A DNA stretch of 64,000 nucleotides from an uncultured Verrucomicrobiae bacterium (lineage in GTDB: Bacteria > Verrucomicrobiota > Verrucomicrobiia > Chthoniobacterales > SZAS-18). The translations under genes and the position numbers were made by a program. The notes under the pieces were generated by a model, which was given only the letters and a program-made list of their open reading frames with translations, was not told where the DNA came from and searched no databases. Where the stretch lies: assembly GCA_963811545.1 (NCBI GenBank), contig CAWERT010000014.1, forward strand, positions 62,635 through 126,634. Direction: 5' to 3'. Below are positions 52,544 to 63,367 of this stretch, piece after piece; the first letter of the stretch is position 1, and every line of letters starts with the position of its first letter.

Positions 52544-53920
52544 GTGCTGCCGGAAATCGTCACCGCCATCCCGGGCCCGCGCTCCCGCGAGCTGGCCGGC
52601 CGTCTGCGCCAGAGCGAATCGCGCAACGTCACTTTTCTCGACGCCGATTTTCCCGTTTTCTGGAAGCGCGCGCGGGGCGTCAACGTGTGGGACGTCGACG
52701 GCAATCGCTACCTCGATCTCACCTCCGCCTTCGCCGTCGCCGGGCTCGGTCACGGGCATCCGCCGATCGTCGGGGCGCTCGAGGAGCAGGCCGCCGAGCT
52801 GCTGCATGCGATGGGCGACGTGCATCCCACCGAGGTGAAGGTCCGGCTTTGCGAGGAACTCGGCCGCATCACGTTTGGTCGATGGACCGGCGCGCCGGCC
52901 AGGACGATTCTCGGCTCGGCGGGATTCGAGGCGGTGGAGGCGGCGCTGAAGACCGCCTTCCTGCGCACGGGCCGGCGCGGGGTGATCGCCTTCCGCGGCG
53001 GCTACCACGGACTCGGCTACGGCGCGCTGGAAACCTGCGGCTGGCCCTATTTTCGCGAGCCCTTCGGCCGTCAGCTCGCCCATTTCGCCACGCTGCTCCC
53101 CTACCCGCATTGCTTCCGTTGTCCGTTCGAACACGCGGATGCCGCCCGGCTCTGTGGCGACGTGCCGGCGTGTTCGCCCGAGTGCCTGGCAAAACTCGAG
53201 GAGCAAATGCGGGCGGCCTTCGCCGGCGGCGAGATCGGCTGCGTGCTGGTCGAGCCCGCGCAGGGCCGCGGCGGCGAGATTTTCCCGCCGCGCGAATTTC
53301 TCCCGCTGCTTCGCCGGCTGAGCGATGAATTCGGCGCGGTGCTGGTCTTCGACGAAATCTACACCGGCTTCAACCGGACCGGCCGGCTCTTCGCCTGCGA
53401 CGAATCCGGCGTGGTGCCGGATCTGATTTGCCTCGGCAAGGCGCTGACCGGCGGCTTCCCGCTCTCGGCCTGCGTGGGTCGCGCCGCCATCATGGATGCC
53501 TGGCCGGTGTCGACCGGCGAGGCGCTGCACACGAGCACGTTTCTGGGACATCCCGTCGGCTGCGCCATGGCGCTGGCGTCGATCGCCGAGCACGCCAATC
53601 CGGCGGTCGCGATCGCGGTGAGCGAGACGGGGGCGCGCTTCAAGTCGGCGCTGCGCGCGATCGATTCGCCGCTCATCGGCGACGTCCGCGGCTGCGGCCT
53701 GATGCTGGGCGTCGAATTGGTGCATGGCGCGCGCGACCCGCGCCCGAACGCGTCGGCGGCCATTCGCGTCGTGAAGGAAGCGTTGCGCCGCGGAATGCTC
53801 CTGCTCGCCGGCGGCCCGGAAGGAAACGTTCTTTCATTCAGCCCGCCCTTTGCGCTCAGCGAAACCGAGATGGCATGGGTCGCGGCGCAGTTGGGGGAGC
53901 TGCTCAAGGCGGAGAAATGA
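52544..53920 (+). CDS. class-III (aspartate aminotransferase fold type I) aminotransferase, GabT/ArgD-like
   Basis: GNRYLDLTSAFAVAGLGHGHP, GFEAVEAALK, VLVFDEIYTGFNRTG, PDLICLGKALTGG (PLP lysine context). Intact, 458 aa, GTG start. Confidence 0.88.
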   Translation: MLPEIVTAIPGPRSRELAGRLRQSESRNVTFLDADFPVFWKRARGVNVWDVDGNRYLDLTSAFAVAGLGHGHPPIVGALEEQAAELLHAMGDVHPTEVKVRLCEELGRITFGRWTGAPARTILGSAGFEAVEAALKTAFLRTGRRGVIAFRGGYHGLGYGALETCGWPYFREPFGRQLAHFATLLPYPHCFRCPFEHADAARLCGDVPACSPECLAKLEEQMRAAFAGGEIGCVLVEPAQGRGGEIFPPREFLPLLRRLSDEFGAVLVFDEIYTGFNRTGRLFACDESGVVPDLICLGKALTGGFPLSACVGRAAIMDAWPVSTGEALHTSTFLGHPVGCAMALASIAEHANPAVAIAVSETGARFKSALRAIDSPLIGDVRGCGLMLGVELVHGARDPRPNASAAIRVVKEALRRGMLLLAGGPEGNVLSFSPPFALSETEMAWVAAQLGELLKAEK

Positions 53921-54011
53921 GTTTGTGATGGTGAAACGCACCCGGAGGTTGCGTTTCACCAGGTCAAAATCATCTACATCCCGCTGTGCCCGGTGCCGCG
54001 ATTCAGCCGCG

Positions 54012-54434
54012 ATGGCCACCATCCTCCTGCTCGTTGTCTCCAACATCTTCATGACCTTTGCCTGGTACGGGCACTTGAAATATGGCCATGCGTGGCCGCT
54101 CTGGAAGGCGATCCTGGCCTCATGGATGATCGCGCTGATTGAATACAGCCTGGCGGTGCCGGCCAACCGCCTGGGCTACGGCGAGTTCACGGGATTTCAG
54201 CTCAAGATCGCGCAGGAAGTCATCACGCTGATCGTCTTCATCGGCTTTGCCGTCACCTTCCTGAAGGAGAAACTGGCGTGGAATTACGTCGTGGCCTTCG
54301 CCTTCCTCGCCGGAGCCGCCTTCTTTGCCTTCGCCTTCAAGGTCCCGCCGGTCGCGGCAGGCTCGCCGCCGACCGTAAACGTTCGACCTTCAAATTACGA
54401 GAATCGCACGTCCTTGCCCGGGTCGAGTTCGTAG
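54012..54434 (+). CDS. DMT-superfamily small membrane protein (DUF486-like)
   Basis: MATILLLVVSNIFMTFAWYGHLKY...LIEYSLAVPANRLGY...FQLKIAQEVITLIVF matches DUF486-type proteins. The 3' tail overlaps the convergent gene and may be over-extended. Confidence 0.7.
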   Translation: MATILLLVVSNIFMTFAWYGHLKYGHAWPLWKAILASWMIALIEYSLAVPANRLGYGEFTGFQLKIAQEVITLIVFIGFAVTFLKEKLAWNYVVAFAFLAGAAFFAFAFKVPPVAAGSPPTVNVRPSNYENRTSLPGSSS

Positions 54435-54712
54435 TTCAGTTCGGAAAACGCGATGATGTGCGGCCCGAGAATCTGCTCGCGGTAGCGCGTGCTCAGCGGG
54501 TTCGCCCGGAAGCTGGCCAGACGCTCCATGCTTTCAAATTCGAGCGTCACGAAGAAGCCCCACTCGTGCGGTGATTCGATCCGCCGGCCGCAGCGGATCG
54601 ATTTCACCTCCGGAATCTTCAGCAACTGCGCGCGCGTCTTGCGCATCATGCCGTCGATGTCGGCCGACGTCACCCCCTCGCGAAGCTGGCAAAGGACAAT
54701 GTGCGAAATCAT
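54395..54712 (-). CDS. Dabb (stress-responsive alpha/beta-barrel) family protein
   Basis: MISHIVLCQLREGVT...IPEVKSIRCGRRIESPHEWGFFVTLEFESMERLASF is the typical Dabb layout. 105 aa. Start overlaps the murA stop. Confidence 0.75.
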   Translation of the reverse strand: MISHIVLCQLREGVTSADIDGMMRKTRAQLLKIPEVKSIRCGRRIESPHEWGFFVTLEFESMERLASFRANPLSTRYREQILGPHIIAFSELNYELDPGKDVRFS

Positions 54713-55980
54713 GCGCGAACCCGTTCAATCGTGGCGCCCAGGCCGGAGAGCTTGTCGTCGAGGTGCTCGTAGCCGCGGTCGATGTGGTACACGCGGCTGA
54801 TTTCCGTCGCGCCCTCGGCCTTGAGCGCGGCCAGCACCAGCGCCGCAGAGGCGCGCAGGTCGCTCGCCATCACCGGCGCCGCGCTCAAGTGATCCACCCC
54901 CGTCAGGATGGCCGTGGCGCCGTCGAGCCGCGCGTTGGCGCCCATGCGCTTGAGCTCGGAAAGATGCATGAAACGCTGCGGGAAAATGTTTTCGGTGACC
55001 ACGCTGATGCCCGGCGTCGTGCAAAGCAGCGCGCACATCTGCGCCTGCATGTCCGTGGGGAAACCCGGGTACGGCTCGGTCGAAATTTCCAGCGGCCGCG
55101 CCACCCCGTTGGGCCGGATGGTCATGGTGCACGCGGTCTGCTCGATCAGAAAACCCGATTTCGCCAGGGCCTCGGTCACCGCCGTGAGGTGCTCCGGCAC
55201 CACGTTGCGCAGCGTGACGCCTTTCTCGTTGCCGCAGATCGCGCCCGCCACCAGGAACGTGCCCGCCTCGATCCGGTCGGGAATCACCGCGTGCTCGGCG
55301 CCGTGCAATTCCTTCACTCCCGTGATGGTGATGCGCCGGGTGCCCGCGCCCTCGATCTTCGCTCCCATGGCATTGAGGAAATTGGCGAGATCGACCACTT
55401 CTGGCTCGGCGGCTGCGCCCTCGATCACGGTCGTCCCCTCGGCGAGGACCGCCGCCATCATGACGTTGTCGGTCCCCAGCACGGTGGGGCCGTGCTTGCC
55501 GCGCATGCTGATCTCGGTCCCGCGCAGCGACTCGGCGAAGACGCGGACGTCGCCGCCCTCGACGCGGACCATCGCGCCCAGTGCCTGAAAGCCTTTCAAA
55601 TGCAGGTCGATCGGGCGATCGCCGATGACGCAGCCGCCCGGCAGCGCGACGGTGGCCTCCTTGGCGCGGGCCAGCAGCGGACCCAGCACGCAGACGCTGG
55701 CCCGCATCTTGCGCACGAGATCGTAGGGCGCCACGCTTTTGATTTTCTCGGCGCAAACCTGCACCGTGCCGCTGGCCCGCTCCACCTCGGCGCCGAGGTG
55801 GCTGAGGATTTGCAGCATGAAATTCAAATCCGAGAGATCCGGCACGTGATTGATCACGCAGGTCTCGCGCGTCAGCAGGGTCGCGGCCAGGATCGGCAGC
55901 GCGGAGTTTTTCGATCCGCTGATCCGCACGCCTCCGGACAGCGAGGCGCCGCCGTGCACAATGAGTTTTTGGAGAGACAT
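54709..55980 (-). CDS. murA: UDP-N-acetylglucosamine 1-carboxyvinyltransferase
   Basis: MSLQKLIVHGGASLSGGVRISGSKNSALPILAATLL, LPGGCVIGDRPIDLH (active-site Cys), FPTDMQAQ. Intact, 423 aa. Confidence 0.95.
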   Translation of the reverse strand: MSLQKLIVHGGASLSGGVRISGSKNSALPILAATLLTRETCVINHVPDLSDLNFMLQILSHLGAEVERASGTVQVCAEKIKSVAPYDLVRKMRASVCVLGPLLARAKEATVALPGGCVIGDRPIDLHLKGFQALGAMVRVEGGDVRVFAESLRGTEISMRGKHGPTVLGTDNVMMAAVLAEGTTVIEGAAAEPEVVDLANFLNAMGAKIEGAGTRRITITGVKELHGAEHAVIPDRIEAGTFLVAGAICGNEKGVTLRNVVPEHLTAVTEALAKSGFLIEQTACTMTIRPNGVARPLEISTEPYPGFPTDMQAQMCALLCTTPGISVVTENIFPQRFMHLSELKRMGANARLDGATAILTGVDHLSAAPVMASDLRASAALVLAALKAEGATEISRVYHIDRGYEHLDDKLSGLGATIERVRA

Positions 55981-56018
55981 GGGAAGGCGCTCGTGCGGCG
56001 GGCGCGCAAACTATCCGA

Positions 56019-56891
56019 TCACGCTGCCAGCGCAAAAACGAACCGGGCGATCTGCTGATAGTCCGGGGCGGTACTAATGCCCGTCCAGCCCGTCTCGGCC
56101 AGAAGTTTCTGCACCCGTTCGGCTTGATCGTGCCCGATCTCCAGCGCGAGCAGCCCGCCCGCGCGCAGGCGGGGCCGGGCCTCGCGCGCCAGCCGCGCCA
56201 CCAGGTCCAGGCCGTCCGCGCCCCCGTCCAGGGCCAGCGCGGGATCGCGCCGCACCTCGCGGCTCAACCTCGCGATTTCCGCCGTCGGCACATACGGCAG
56301 GTTCGCGACGATGATGTCAAATTCCCCGCCGTCGAGTGCGGCCAGCAAATCGGACTCGACGAATTTCACGCGCGACTCGACCCCGAGCCTGGCCGCGTTC
56401 TCGCGCGCGAGCGACAGAGCGTGGGAGGATCGATCCAGCGCCACGACGCGCACCCCGGGCCGCTCGGCCGCGAGGGTCAGCGCGATCACGCCGCTGCCGG
56501 TGCCGACGTCGAGCACCGCGCCGGTCGCTTCCGACGGCAGGCGCTCGAGCACGAGCTCCACCAGCCGTTCCGTCTCGGGCCGCGGCACCAGGGCCCGCGC
56601 GTCGCAGAGGAATTCGCGGCCATGAAATTCGACCGTCCCGAGGAGGTGCTGCAGCGGCTCGCCCGCGGCGCGCCGGCGCAGCAAGGCGCGCATGGGGTCG
56701 AGCTCGGTCGGACCCAGCGGACGATCGAACTCGAGGTAGAGATCGATGCGGTTCTTCTTGCCGAGAACGTGGGCCGCGAGATGCTCCGCGTTGAGCCGCG
56801 CGGATTCCACCGCGTGTCGCTCAAGATATTCGGTGGACGACCGCACCACCTCCAACAGGGACAACGGGCCTTTGCGGGCGGGGGCGGACAT
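56019..56891 (-). CDS. prmC: peptide-chain-release-factor N5-glutamine methyltransferase
   Basis: LLGTVEFHGREFLCDARALVPRPETE, VLDVGTGSGVIAL, IIVANLPYV (NPPY-type motif). The internal ATG at 56891 is preferred over the 409-aa ORF-track start. Confidence 0.85.
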   Translation of the reverse strand: MSAPARKGPLSLLEVVRSSTEYLERHAVESARLNAEHLAAHVLGKKNRIDLYLEFDRPLGPTELDPMRALLRRRAAGEPLQHLLGTVEFHGREFLCDARALVPRPETERLVELVLERLPSEATGAVLDVGTGSGVIALTLAAERPGVRVVALDRSSHALSLARENAARLGVESRVKFVESDLLAALDGGEFDIIVANLPYVPTAEIARLSREVRRDPALALDGGADGLDLVARLAREARPRLRAGGLLALEIGHDQAERVQKLLAETGWTGISTAPDYQQIARFVFALAA

Positions 56892-56922
56892 TCGCAGCCA
56901 AGATGCGACGGGCAGGAAAAAA

Positions 56923-57011
56923 GTCGAACGGTCGAAAGTCGAAGGTCGAACGCCCTCAGGATGCTCCGCGCCCGGCGGATTGCTTGCCAGCTTTCGACCT
57001 TCGACCTTCGA
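56923..57011. repeat. gtcgaaN heptad/octad palindrome
   Basis: gtcgaacggtcgaaagtcgaaggtcgaacg ... ctttcgaccttcgaccttcgac, between the divergent prmC and leuC genes. Confidence 0.75.
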
Positions 57012-57091
57012 CATTCCGACTCCATTTGCACGTTGCCAGTCCGGCCGTTCGGAGGAATGGTCTCCATCGGGCGGCATTGGGCTGACATGGC

Positions 57092-58467
57092 ATGACTCTG
57101 ACGGAAAAAATCCTCGCCCGCGCGGCGGCAAGGCAAGGGTCCAGGCCGGCGACAACGTCTGGGTCGAAGCCGACGTGCTGATGACGCACGACGTCTGCGG
57201 CCCGGGCACCATCGGCGTCTTCAAGCGCGAGTTCGGCAAGGACGCCAAGGTCTGGGACCGACGAAAATCGTCATCATCCCGACCACTACATCTTCACCGC
57301 CGACTGCATGTCGAACCGCAACGTGGACATCCTGCGCGACTTCGTGCGGGAGCAGGGCCTGCCCGTATTTCTACGACGTGATCGACGACCCGAACGGCCA
57401 CTGGGATTTCGACGCGTCGCAAGGGCATGCTGAAGCGGCAGTACGGCTCGCACTACGCCGGCGTCTGCCACACCGCGCTGCCGCAGAAGGGCCACACGCG
57501 GCCCGGCGAAATTCTGTTCGGCACCGATTCGCACACCTGCATGGCCGGCGCGTTCAACGAGTTCGCCACCGGCATCGGCAACACCGACGCCGGCTTCGTC
57601 ATGGGCACCGGCAAGTTGCTCGTCAAGGTGCCCGAGACGATGCACTTCCGCCTCGACGGCAAGCTCGCAGCCCGGCGTGATGGCCAAGGACATCATCCTG
57701 CATTGCATCGGCGACATCGGCTTCGACGGCGCGACCTATCGCGCGATGCAGTTCGACGGCCCGGGCGCGATCGCGCTCGCCATCGACGACCGCATGACCA
57801 TCGCCAACATGGCCATCGAGGCCGGCGGCAAGAACGGCATCTTCGACTTCGACGCACGCACGGCGGAATACGTGGACGCGCGCACCCGGCTGAACGGCAC
57901 GAAGTCCACCTACGAGCCGGTCGCGCTGCGACCGCGACCAGAAGTTCGTCTACGACCAGGTCGATCGATCTCGACGAGCTCGAACCGACCGTCGCCTGCC
58001 ATCCCGATCCCGGGCCAGCGCAAGCTGGCCAAGGAGCTCGGGCACGTCAAGCTCGACCGCGCCTACATCGGCTCCTGCACCGGCGGCAAGACGAGCGACT
58101 TCCTGGCATTCGCCGCGTGCTTGCGCGGCAAGCACGGTGAAGATCGACACCTTCGGCGTGCCGGCGACGCCGGAGATCGTGCGACGATCTGCAGAACACG
58201 CGCTGGGACGGCACAGACCGTCTGGGACAGTCCTCGGAACGCCGGCGTGCAGATGACCGAGAACGCCGTCTGCGCCGCCTGCCTCGGCGGGCCGGTGGAC
58301 ACCTTCGGCCGCATGAACACAGCCCGCTCAAGTGCATCAGCGCGACGAACCGCAATTTCCCCGGCCGCATGGGCGACAAGAAATCGCAAGTCTTTCTCGC
58401 GACGCCCTACACGGTCGCCGCCACCGCGCTCACCGGCAGGATCACCGACCCGCGCGAATTCCTTTGA
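57092..58467 (+). pseudogene. leuC: 3-isopropylmalate dehydratase large subunit (aconitase family), at least 8 frameshifts
   Basis: [111 protein letters not shown]. These blocks are scattered over three frames. Confidence 0.9.
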
Positions 58468-58469
58468 GC

Positions 58470-59155
58470 ATGCTCCGCCTGCCCGCCCGCATCGCCCTTC
58501 ACTCCGCGCTGGTCGCCTGCACCGCGGCCTTGCTCGCATCGTGCAGTTCGCCGACTCCCGCCCCCGCGCCGGCACCGGCGCCGGCCCCGGCGAAGAAGGA
58601 GAAAGGCAAGCCTGAGCCGACGCCGGTGCCCGAGCGCGCGCCGCGCCCGCGCCCACCCCGGCGAAGGCGGCCGTCGCGCCGAGCAATCAATTCAAGGTCA
58701 CCGCCGCGCGGTCGCCGTTCTACAAATACGGACCGCAGCAGCCCGGCGGACCCAACATGAGTCTCGAGCGCGGCACGGTCGTCACGCTGCTCAAGCGCGG
58801 CTTCGGCTACAGCCAGGTGAAATTGCGCAACGAGCAAACCGGCTACGTCGGCACCGAGGACATCGTGGCGCTCACCGCCGAGGAACTGCTGGCGCAGGAG
58901 CAGCCCGAGGCGCCGGCCTTCGGCGACCAGGGGGCGCTGCCGCGACCCGGCGGCGTGCGCCGCTCCACGCTCCCGCCCGCCACCGCGGTCGATTTGCCCA
59001 GCGAGGCGCCGGTGAGCCTCCCGATGTCCACGGAGACCGAGCCCGCGCCCGAAACCCAAGGAGTAGTTTCGCAATGTCCGAATCCGTCACCTCGCCGGTC
59101 TATGTCGTGCGCGACAACATCGACACCGACCAGATCATCCCCGCGCAATACCTGA
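58470..59155 (+). CDS. lipoprotein with Pro/Ala-rich linker and SH3b-like domain, at least 1 frameshift; 3' end uncertain
   Basis: MLRLPARIALHSALVACTAALLASCSS (lipobox), PTPAPAPAPAPAPAKKEKGK, then (shifted) FKVTAARSPFYKYGPQQPGGPNMSLERGTVVTLLKRGFGYSQVKLRNEQTGYVGTEDIVAL. Confidence 0.55.
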
Positions 59156-59627
59156 ACCTCGTGCCGACCATTGCCGAGGAATACGAGAAGCTCGGCAGCT
59201 ACGCGCTGATCGGCCTGCCGGAGGACGTATCCCGTGCGCTTTCGTCGCAGGCCGGCGCGACTGACGACGCGAGTACCCCATCGTCATCGCCGGGCGGAAT
59301 TTCGGCTGCGGCAGCTCGCGCGAGCACGCGCCGATCGCCCTGGGCTCGTGCGGCGTGCGAGGTCGTCCTCGCCGAAAGCTTCGCGCGCATCTTCTTCCGC
59401 AACTGCGTCGCCACCGGCGAGCTCTATCCCTGCGAGACGCCGGAGCGCCTCTGCGACATCGTGAAGACCGGCGACGTGGCCACGCTCGATTTCGACGACG
59501 GACCGACTGACCGTGGGCGGCCGGACTGATTCAGCTCAAACCGCTCGGCGACGTGCGCCCGGTGATCGACGCCGGCGGCCTCTTCAACTACGCGCGCAAG
59601 AGCGGGATGATCCCGGCGAACACGTAG
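59074..59627 (+). pseudogene. leuD: 3-isopropylmalate dehydratase small subunit, about 3 frameshifts
   Basis: MSESVTSPVYVVRDNIDTDQIIPAQYL, (shifted) [40 protein letters not shown], (shifted) LKPLGDVRPVIDAGGLFNYARKSGMI. Confidence 0.88.
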
Positions 59628-59633
59628 CAACGT

Positions 59634-61339
59634 ATGGCAGATTCCACCGTATCTGCACCGTCAGTCCTCGAATTGTCGCGGGAGTCGGCGCAGAAGGTCG
59701 CGGCTGATCTCCGCATGCGATGCTGGCCCTCGTTGGACTGCTTGGATTCTAGTCTCCGACGTGGTGGATGGCTTTGGCCTGGCCAGCCAGCACCACTTTT
59801 CGTCGAACAACATTTTCTATTTCTTGTTCTCCGTTACGAGCGATGGGCGTGCGTTATGGGGTGCTCCTGAGCGCAATTGCATTCTCTATTTTCGCCGATC
59901 GGGAATTGCCACCTCGGCGCAGAAGGAGGCGCAGCCGCATCGCCGCTGGTGTCCGCTAACTGGCGGTCATGGCCGGGCTCATTGCGACCATCGGGACGTA
60001 CAGCGGTGTGCTTGAATCATCCCTCGCCATGGATGAGTTCCTGACCAATTTCCAGGCGCGAGATTTTCCTGCAACGGGAAAGTCTTCGCGCCGCTGGGAT
60101 GACTGTGGAACATTTGGCGCGGCGATGACTCCGCGTTAGCGATCTGGGATCCGACCCGCGGCACCTGGACCGCGAACTACCTGCCGTTCTATGCGGCGAT
60201 GCGAACTCCCTTTCTGGCGATGGGACTGGAACCTTGCTGAATCCGTTGTTGACATCGGGAGCGTCTGGCTCACGGCTCACATCGCGCGACGCATCTGGCC
60301 GGAGGACGCCTGGGCCCCGGTGATGGCCGGCATTTTTCTCGCCATTTCGCCGCAAGTATTGATCACGGGCATGACGGCGTATTCCATGCCGGCGCACCTC
60401 TTCCTCAATCTCCTTTGGCTTGCGCTCTACCTTGCGCGACGATCGACTCGGCCTCGGCCTGGCGCCGTGGATCGGCATCGCGTCGATGAACCTGCATCAG
60501 CCGAACATCCACGCGATCTTCGTGGCCCCGTTTCTCGTGCGCATGGTGCTCGAGCGGCGGTGGGGCCGCGTGGCGTATTTTGCCCCGGTGTACTTGCTTG
60601 GCTGCGCATTCGTCATATTTTGGATGAAGTTGAAAGCCAGTTGCCGGTGGCGGGGCAAGCGGGCGATGACCTGGGCCCGCTCAAGACGATTCTCACGATT
60701 TTTACCCAGGTCGGATTTCGCAGCTGGTTCAATACCGGGGTTCTCCTTCCGCAAATCTTCACGTGGCAGTCGTGGGTAGTGGGATTCTTCGCGCTGGCGG
60801 TACTTCGCCAGTTCCGCGTCTTATGCCCAAGCCACTCTTTGATCTCTTCTGCGGCGTGGTTCTTTGCCTCGTCTTTTTATTTCCTTTACGGCTATCGGCC
60901 AGGGACACGGCTGGGGAAACCGGACGTTTTACCCCTTCCTCGGGGGATTTTGTCTGCTTGCGGTGGCCGGCTGGAAATCCCTCGTCAATCTCCCGGCCGC
61001 CGCACCATCTGGTCGCTTCGTTCGCGCTTGACGCTGTTCGTGGAGTTTCCCTACCGCTGCTGTGAGGTGTACGCGTGACGAGCCCGTTTGCCGCCGCCGA
61101 TCGCTTTCTGCGTGAGATCAAGGAACCGCTGGTCATCGTGGACACGACTCCGATTTGGTACGGTCAGGACTTGGTGCGCAACGATCCGTTCCTCGCGAAC
61201 ACCCCGAAGTTCTTTTTCGCCGCCGCCCTGGACCGAAGGGTCGAAGGCCTTGCCACGCTTGGGAAAGATCCGGGTGGTGACGGCCCCGGAGTTGCTTAGT
61301 CTGGGCCTGTCCGATCGCCGTCGCCCGGTACGCCCGTGA
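59634..61339 (+). pseudogene. polytopic membrane protein, possibly a GT-C-type glycosyltransferase or polymerase (function tentative), many frameshifts
   Basis: Hydrophobic, protein-like segments in changing frames (VWLTAHIARRIWPEDAWAPVMAGIFLAISPQVLITGMTAYSMPAHLFLNLLWLALYL; LAPWIGIASMNLHQPNIHAIFVAPFLVRMVLERRWGRVAYFAPVYLLGCAFVIFW; ...IVDTTPIWYGQDLVRNDPFLANTPKFFFAAALD). Boundaries are approximate. Confidence 0.35.
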
Positions 61340-62268
61340 AAGAACCCACCCCCCTCTCGGTCAGCGTGGTCATTCCCTGCCTGAATGATCAGCGCGAGAT
61401 CGGCAAGGTCGTCCGCGAGTTTCCGGGAACTCTCTGCCGGACGGGAAAATTCTCGTGGTCGACAATTGCTCCACCAAGGAGACGATCGACCTCGCCCGCG
61501 AGGCCGGCGCCGATGTCATCGTGGAACGCCGGCGCGGCAAGGCCCAGGCGGTGATCTCGGCCCTGCCCTTACATCGACTCCGACGTCCTCCTGCTGGCCA
61601 ACGGCGACGGCAGTTACCCGGTCGAGGGCGCGCGCCGGCTGATCGAGTTTTACCGCTGGGAACATCCCGACATGGTGGTGGGCATACCCAAGGGCGAGGG
61701 CGCCCCGGACGAAAAGCGCGGCTTTCGCGAGCGCGTTTTGAGTTTTGTATTTGGCCATCCCCCTGAGTGCCTGGACTCCGAGCTGCGCCTGCTCTCGAAA
61801 TACTTCTACAAGAACATCCCGATCCTTCTGCGTGGCTTCAGCCTGGAGATGGAACTGACCGTACAGGCTCTCGACAAGAATTTCCGCACCGCGTCGGCGC
61901 CAGTTCCGTTCGTAAGCAGCCATGCTTCAGCCAATTCCGAAAGACACCTGACCCGCTTCCGCGGGGTCTGGGATTTGCTACATATGCTGGTGGTGTTACT
62001 TCGCGACTACAAGCCGATGGTCTTTTTCGGGGGTCTCGCGGCGCTCTTTGCGCTGGCCGGGTTGCTGTTCGGCGCCCAGCCCATTTACGACTATTTCACC
62101 ACGGGGATCGTGCACCGCCTTTCCCTGCCGGTGCTCGCCGCAAGCCTGATGATTATCGCGTTCTTTACCTTCCAGATTGGAGTGGTGCTCGCCTCCAGTT
62201 TGCGGTACCGCCGCGAGACCTATCAAACCCAGTTGCGCAAGCACTACGAGCCTCCCCGTGACCGCTGA
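61336..62268 (+). pseudogene. family-2 glycosyltransferase with C-terminal TM helices, about 3 frameshifts
   Basis: VSVVIPCLNDQREIGKVV, (shifted) ILVVDNCSTKETIDLAREAGADVI, LLLANGDGSYP (DxD-like), then LEMELTVQALDKNFR and two TM helices (PMVFFGGLAALFALAGLLFG, LPVLAASLMIIAFFTFQIGVVLA). Confidence 0.8.
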
Positions 62269-62353
62269 CGAATGAGCGACGGACCCACCAACCAAGTTTC
62301 CGGGCCTCGCGCGTGTCGCCGCCGATCAATCGCCGATCCGCGCGACTGCGCGC

Positions 62354-63330
62354 GTGCACATGTTGGCGCAATACGTCTGGCCTGATGATAGCGCCTGCGG
62401 CATTTACGCAGAACAGGTGGCAGGAGCGCTGGGTGATCTGGGCATCCGAACCGTTCTCGTTGGTGGCGTCGGACGTTACCGTCAAAGTTGCCGGCCCGCG
62501 GCCGGACGCTAATATTGTACGCTTGGACCATTTCTGCGGCCGCCGCGGCAGTCTTCCCCGGTTCGCGTGGGAGTGCCGATCGCTGGCGAAGGCATTCAAG
62601 AGTTACATTGAGCAATACGTCAACAGTGGGGACCTGGTGGTACTCGGCAGCTTTCCGCCGAACACGGCGCATCTCGCAAAGATCATCCACAACCGGGGCG
62701 CGACGGCGATCTACTGGCTGCAGGATTACTATCCCGGAATTGCTGCGGTCGCTTTACGATTATCCAAAGTGGATGCGGGCCGCGCTGGGCCGATATTGGA
62801 ATCGCCACCTCGCCGAATGGGACTACGTGGTGAAGTCGTCCGCCAATCTCGACTACGACGGTCCCAACGCCCGTGTCATCCGGAACTGGCCGTCGGTGAA
62901 CGTGGGCGCGCCGCGGCCGTTCATCCCGAAAACCGCGCTCTACTCCGGCAATCTTGGCTACGCCCACGGCATCGAACCGTTTCTGAAAAAGTGCGAGGAA
63001 CTCCACGCAGAGGGCTACGTCATCACCGTGCGGGGCGACGGTCCCGGCATCGCGAAGCTGCCCTCGTGGGTGCATCGCGAGCCACTATTCGAGGACTTGG
63101 ATGACCTGATTCGGTCGTATTGGGAGGCGGAGGTGCATCTCATCGCGGCCGACCCGCGGATTCAAACGGCTTTGTTCCCGTCGAAAATCTGGAACAGCCT
63201 CGCGACCGGCCGGGAGGTCATCTGCACCGGATTCGAGGGAAAAATGGCCGACGAGCTCGAGATCGCGCGCCACGCCCCGTTCGACAAACATCAGCAGCAG
63301 TGGGTCGAGCTGATCACGTCGCTGCTCTAG
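62354..63330 (+). pseudogene. glycosyltransferase (GT-B fold, WcaI/GT4-like), about 3 frameshifts
   Basis: N-terminus (V)HMLAQYVWPDDSACGIYAEQVAGALGDLGIRTVLVGG resembles the QYFWPE start of WcaI-like enzymes. The C-terminal half ...ALYSGNLGYAHGIEPFLKKCEEL...FPSKIWNSLATGREVI is in another frame. Confidence 0.6.
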
Positions 63331-63367
63331 CCTGGGAGGTTCGGACCCCAACGATTCTCCTCGCACC

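Noticed and set aside
53850-54011. N-terminal extension of the DUF486-like membrane protein (ORF-track start 53850)
   Set aside because: The extension overlaps the aminotransferase 3' end and is Arg-rich. The family-typical hydrophobic start MATILLLVV begins at 54012.
56892-57248. N-terminal 119-aa extension of prmC suggested by the ORF track (56019-57248)
   Set aside because: The extension runs through the gtcgaa palindrome and antisense to the leuC start. The PrmC family N-terminus aligns with the internal ATG at 56891.
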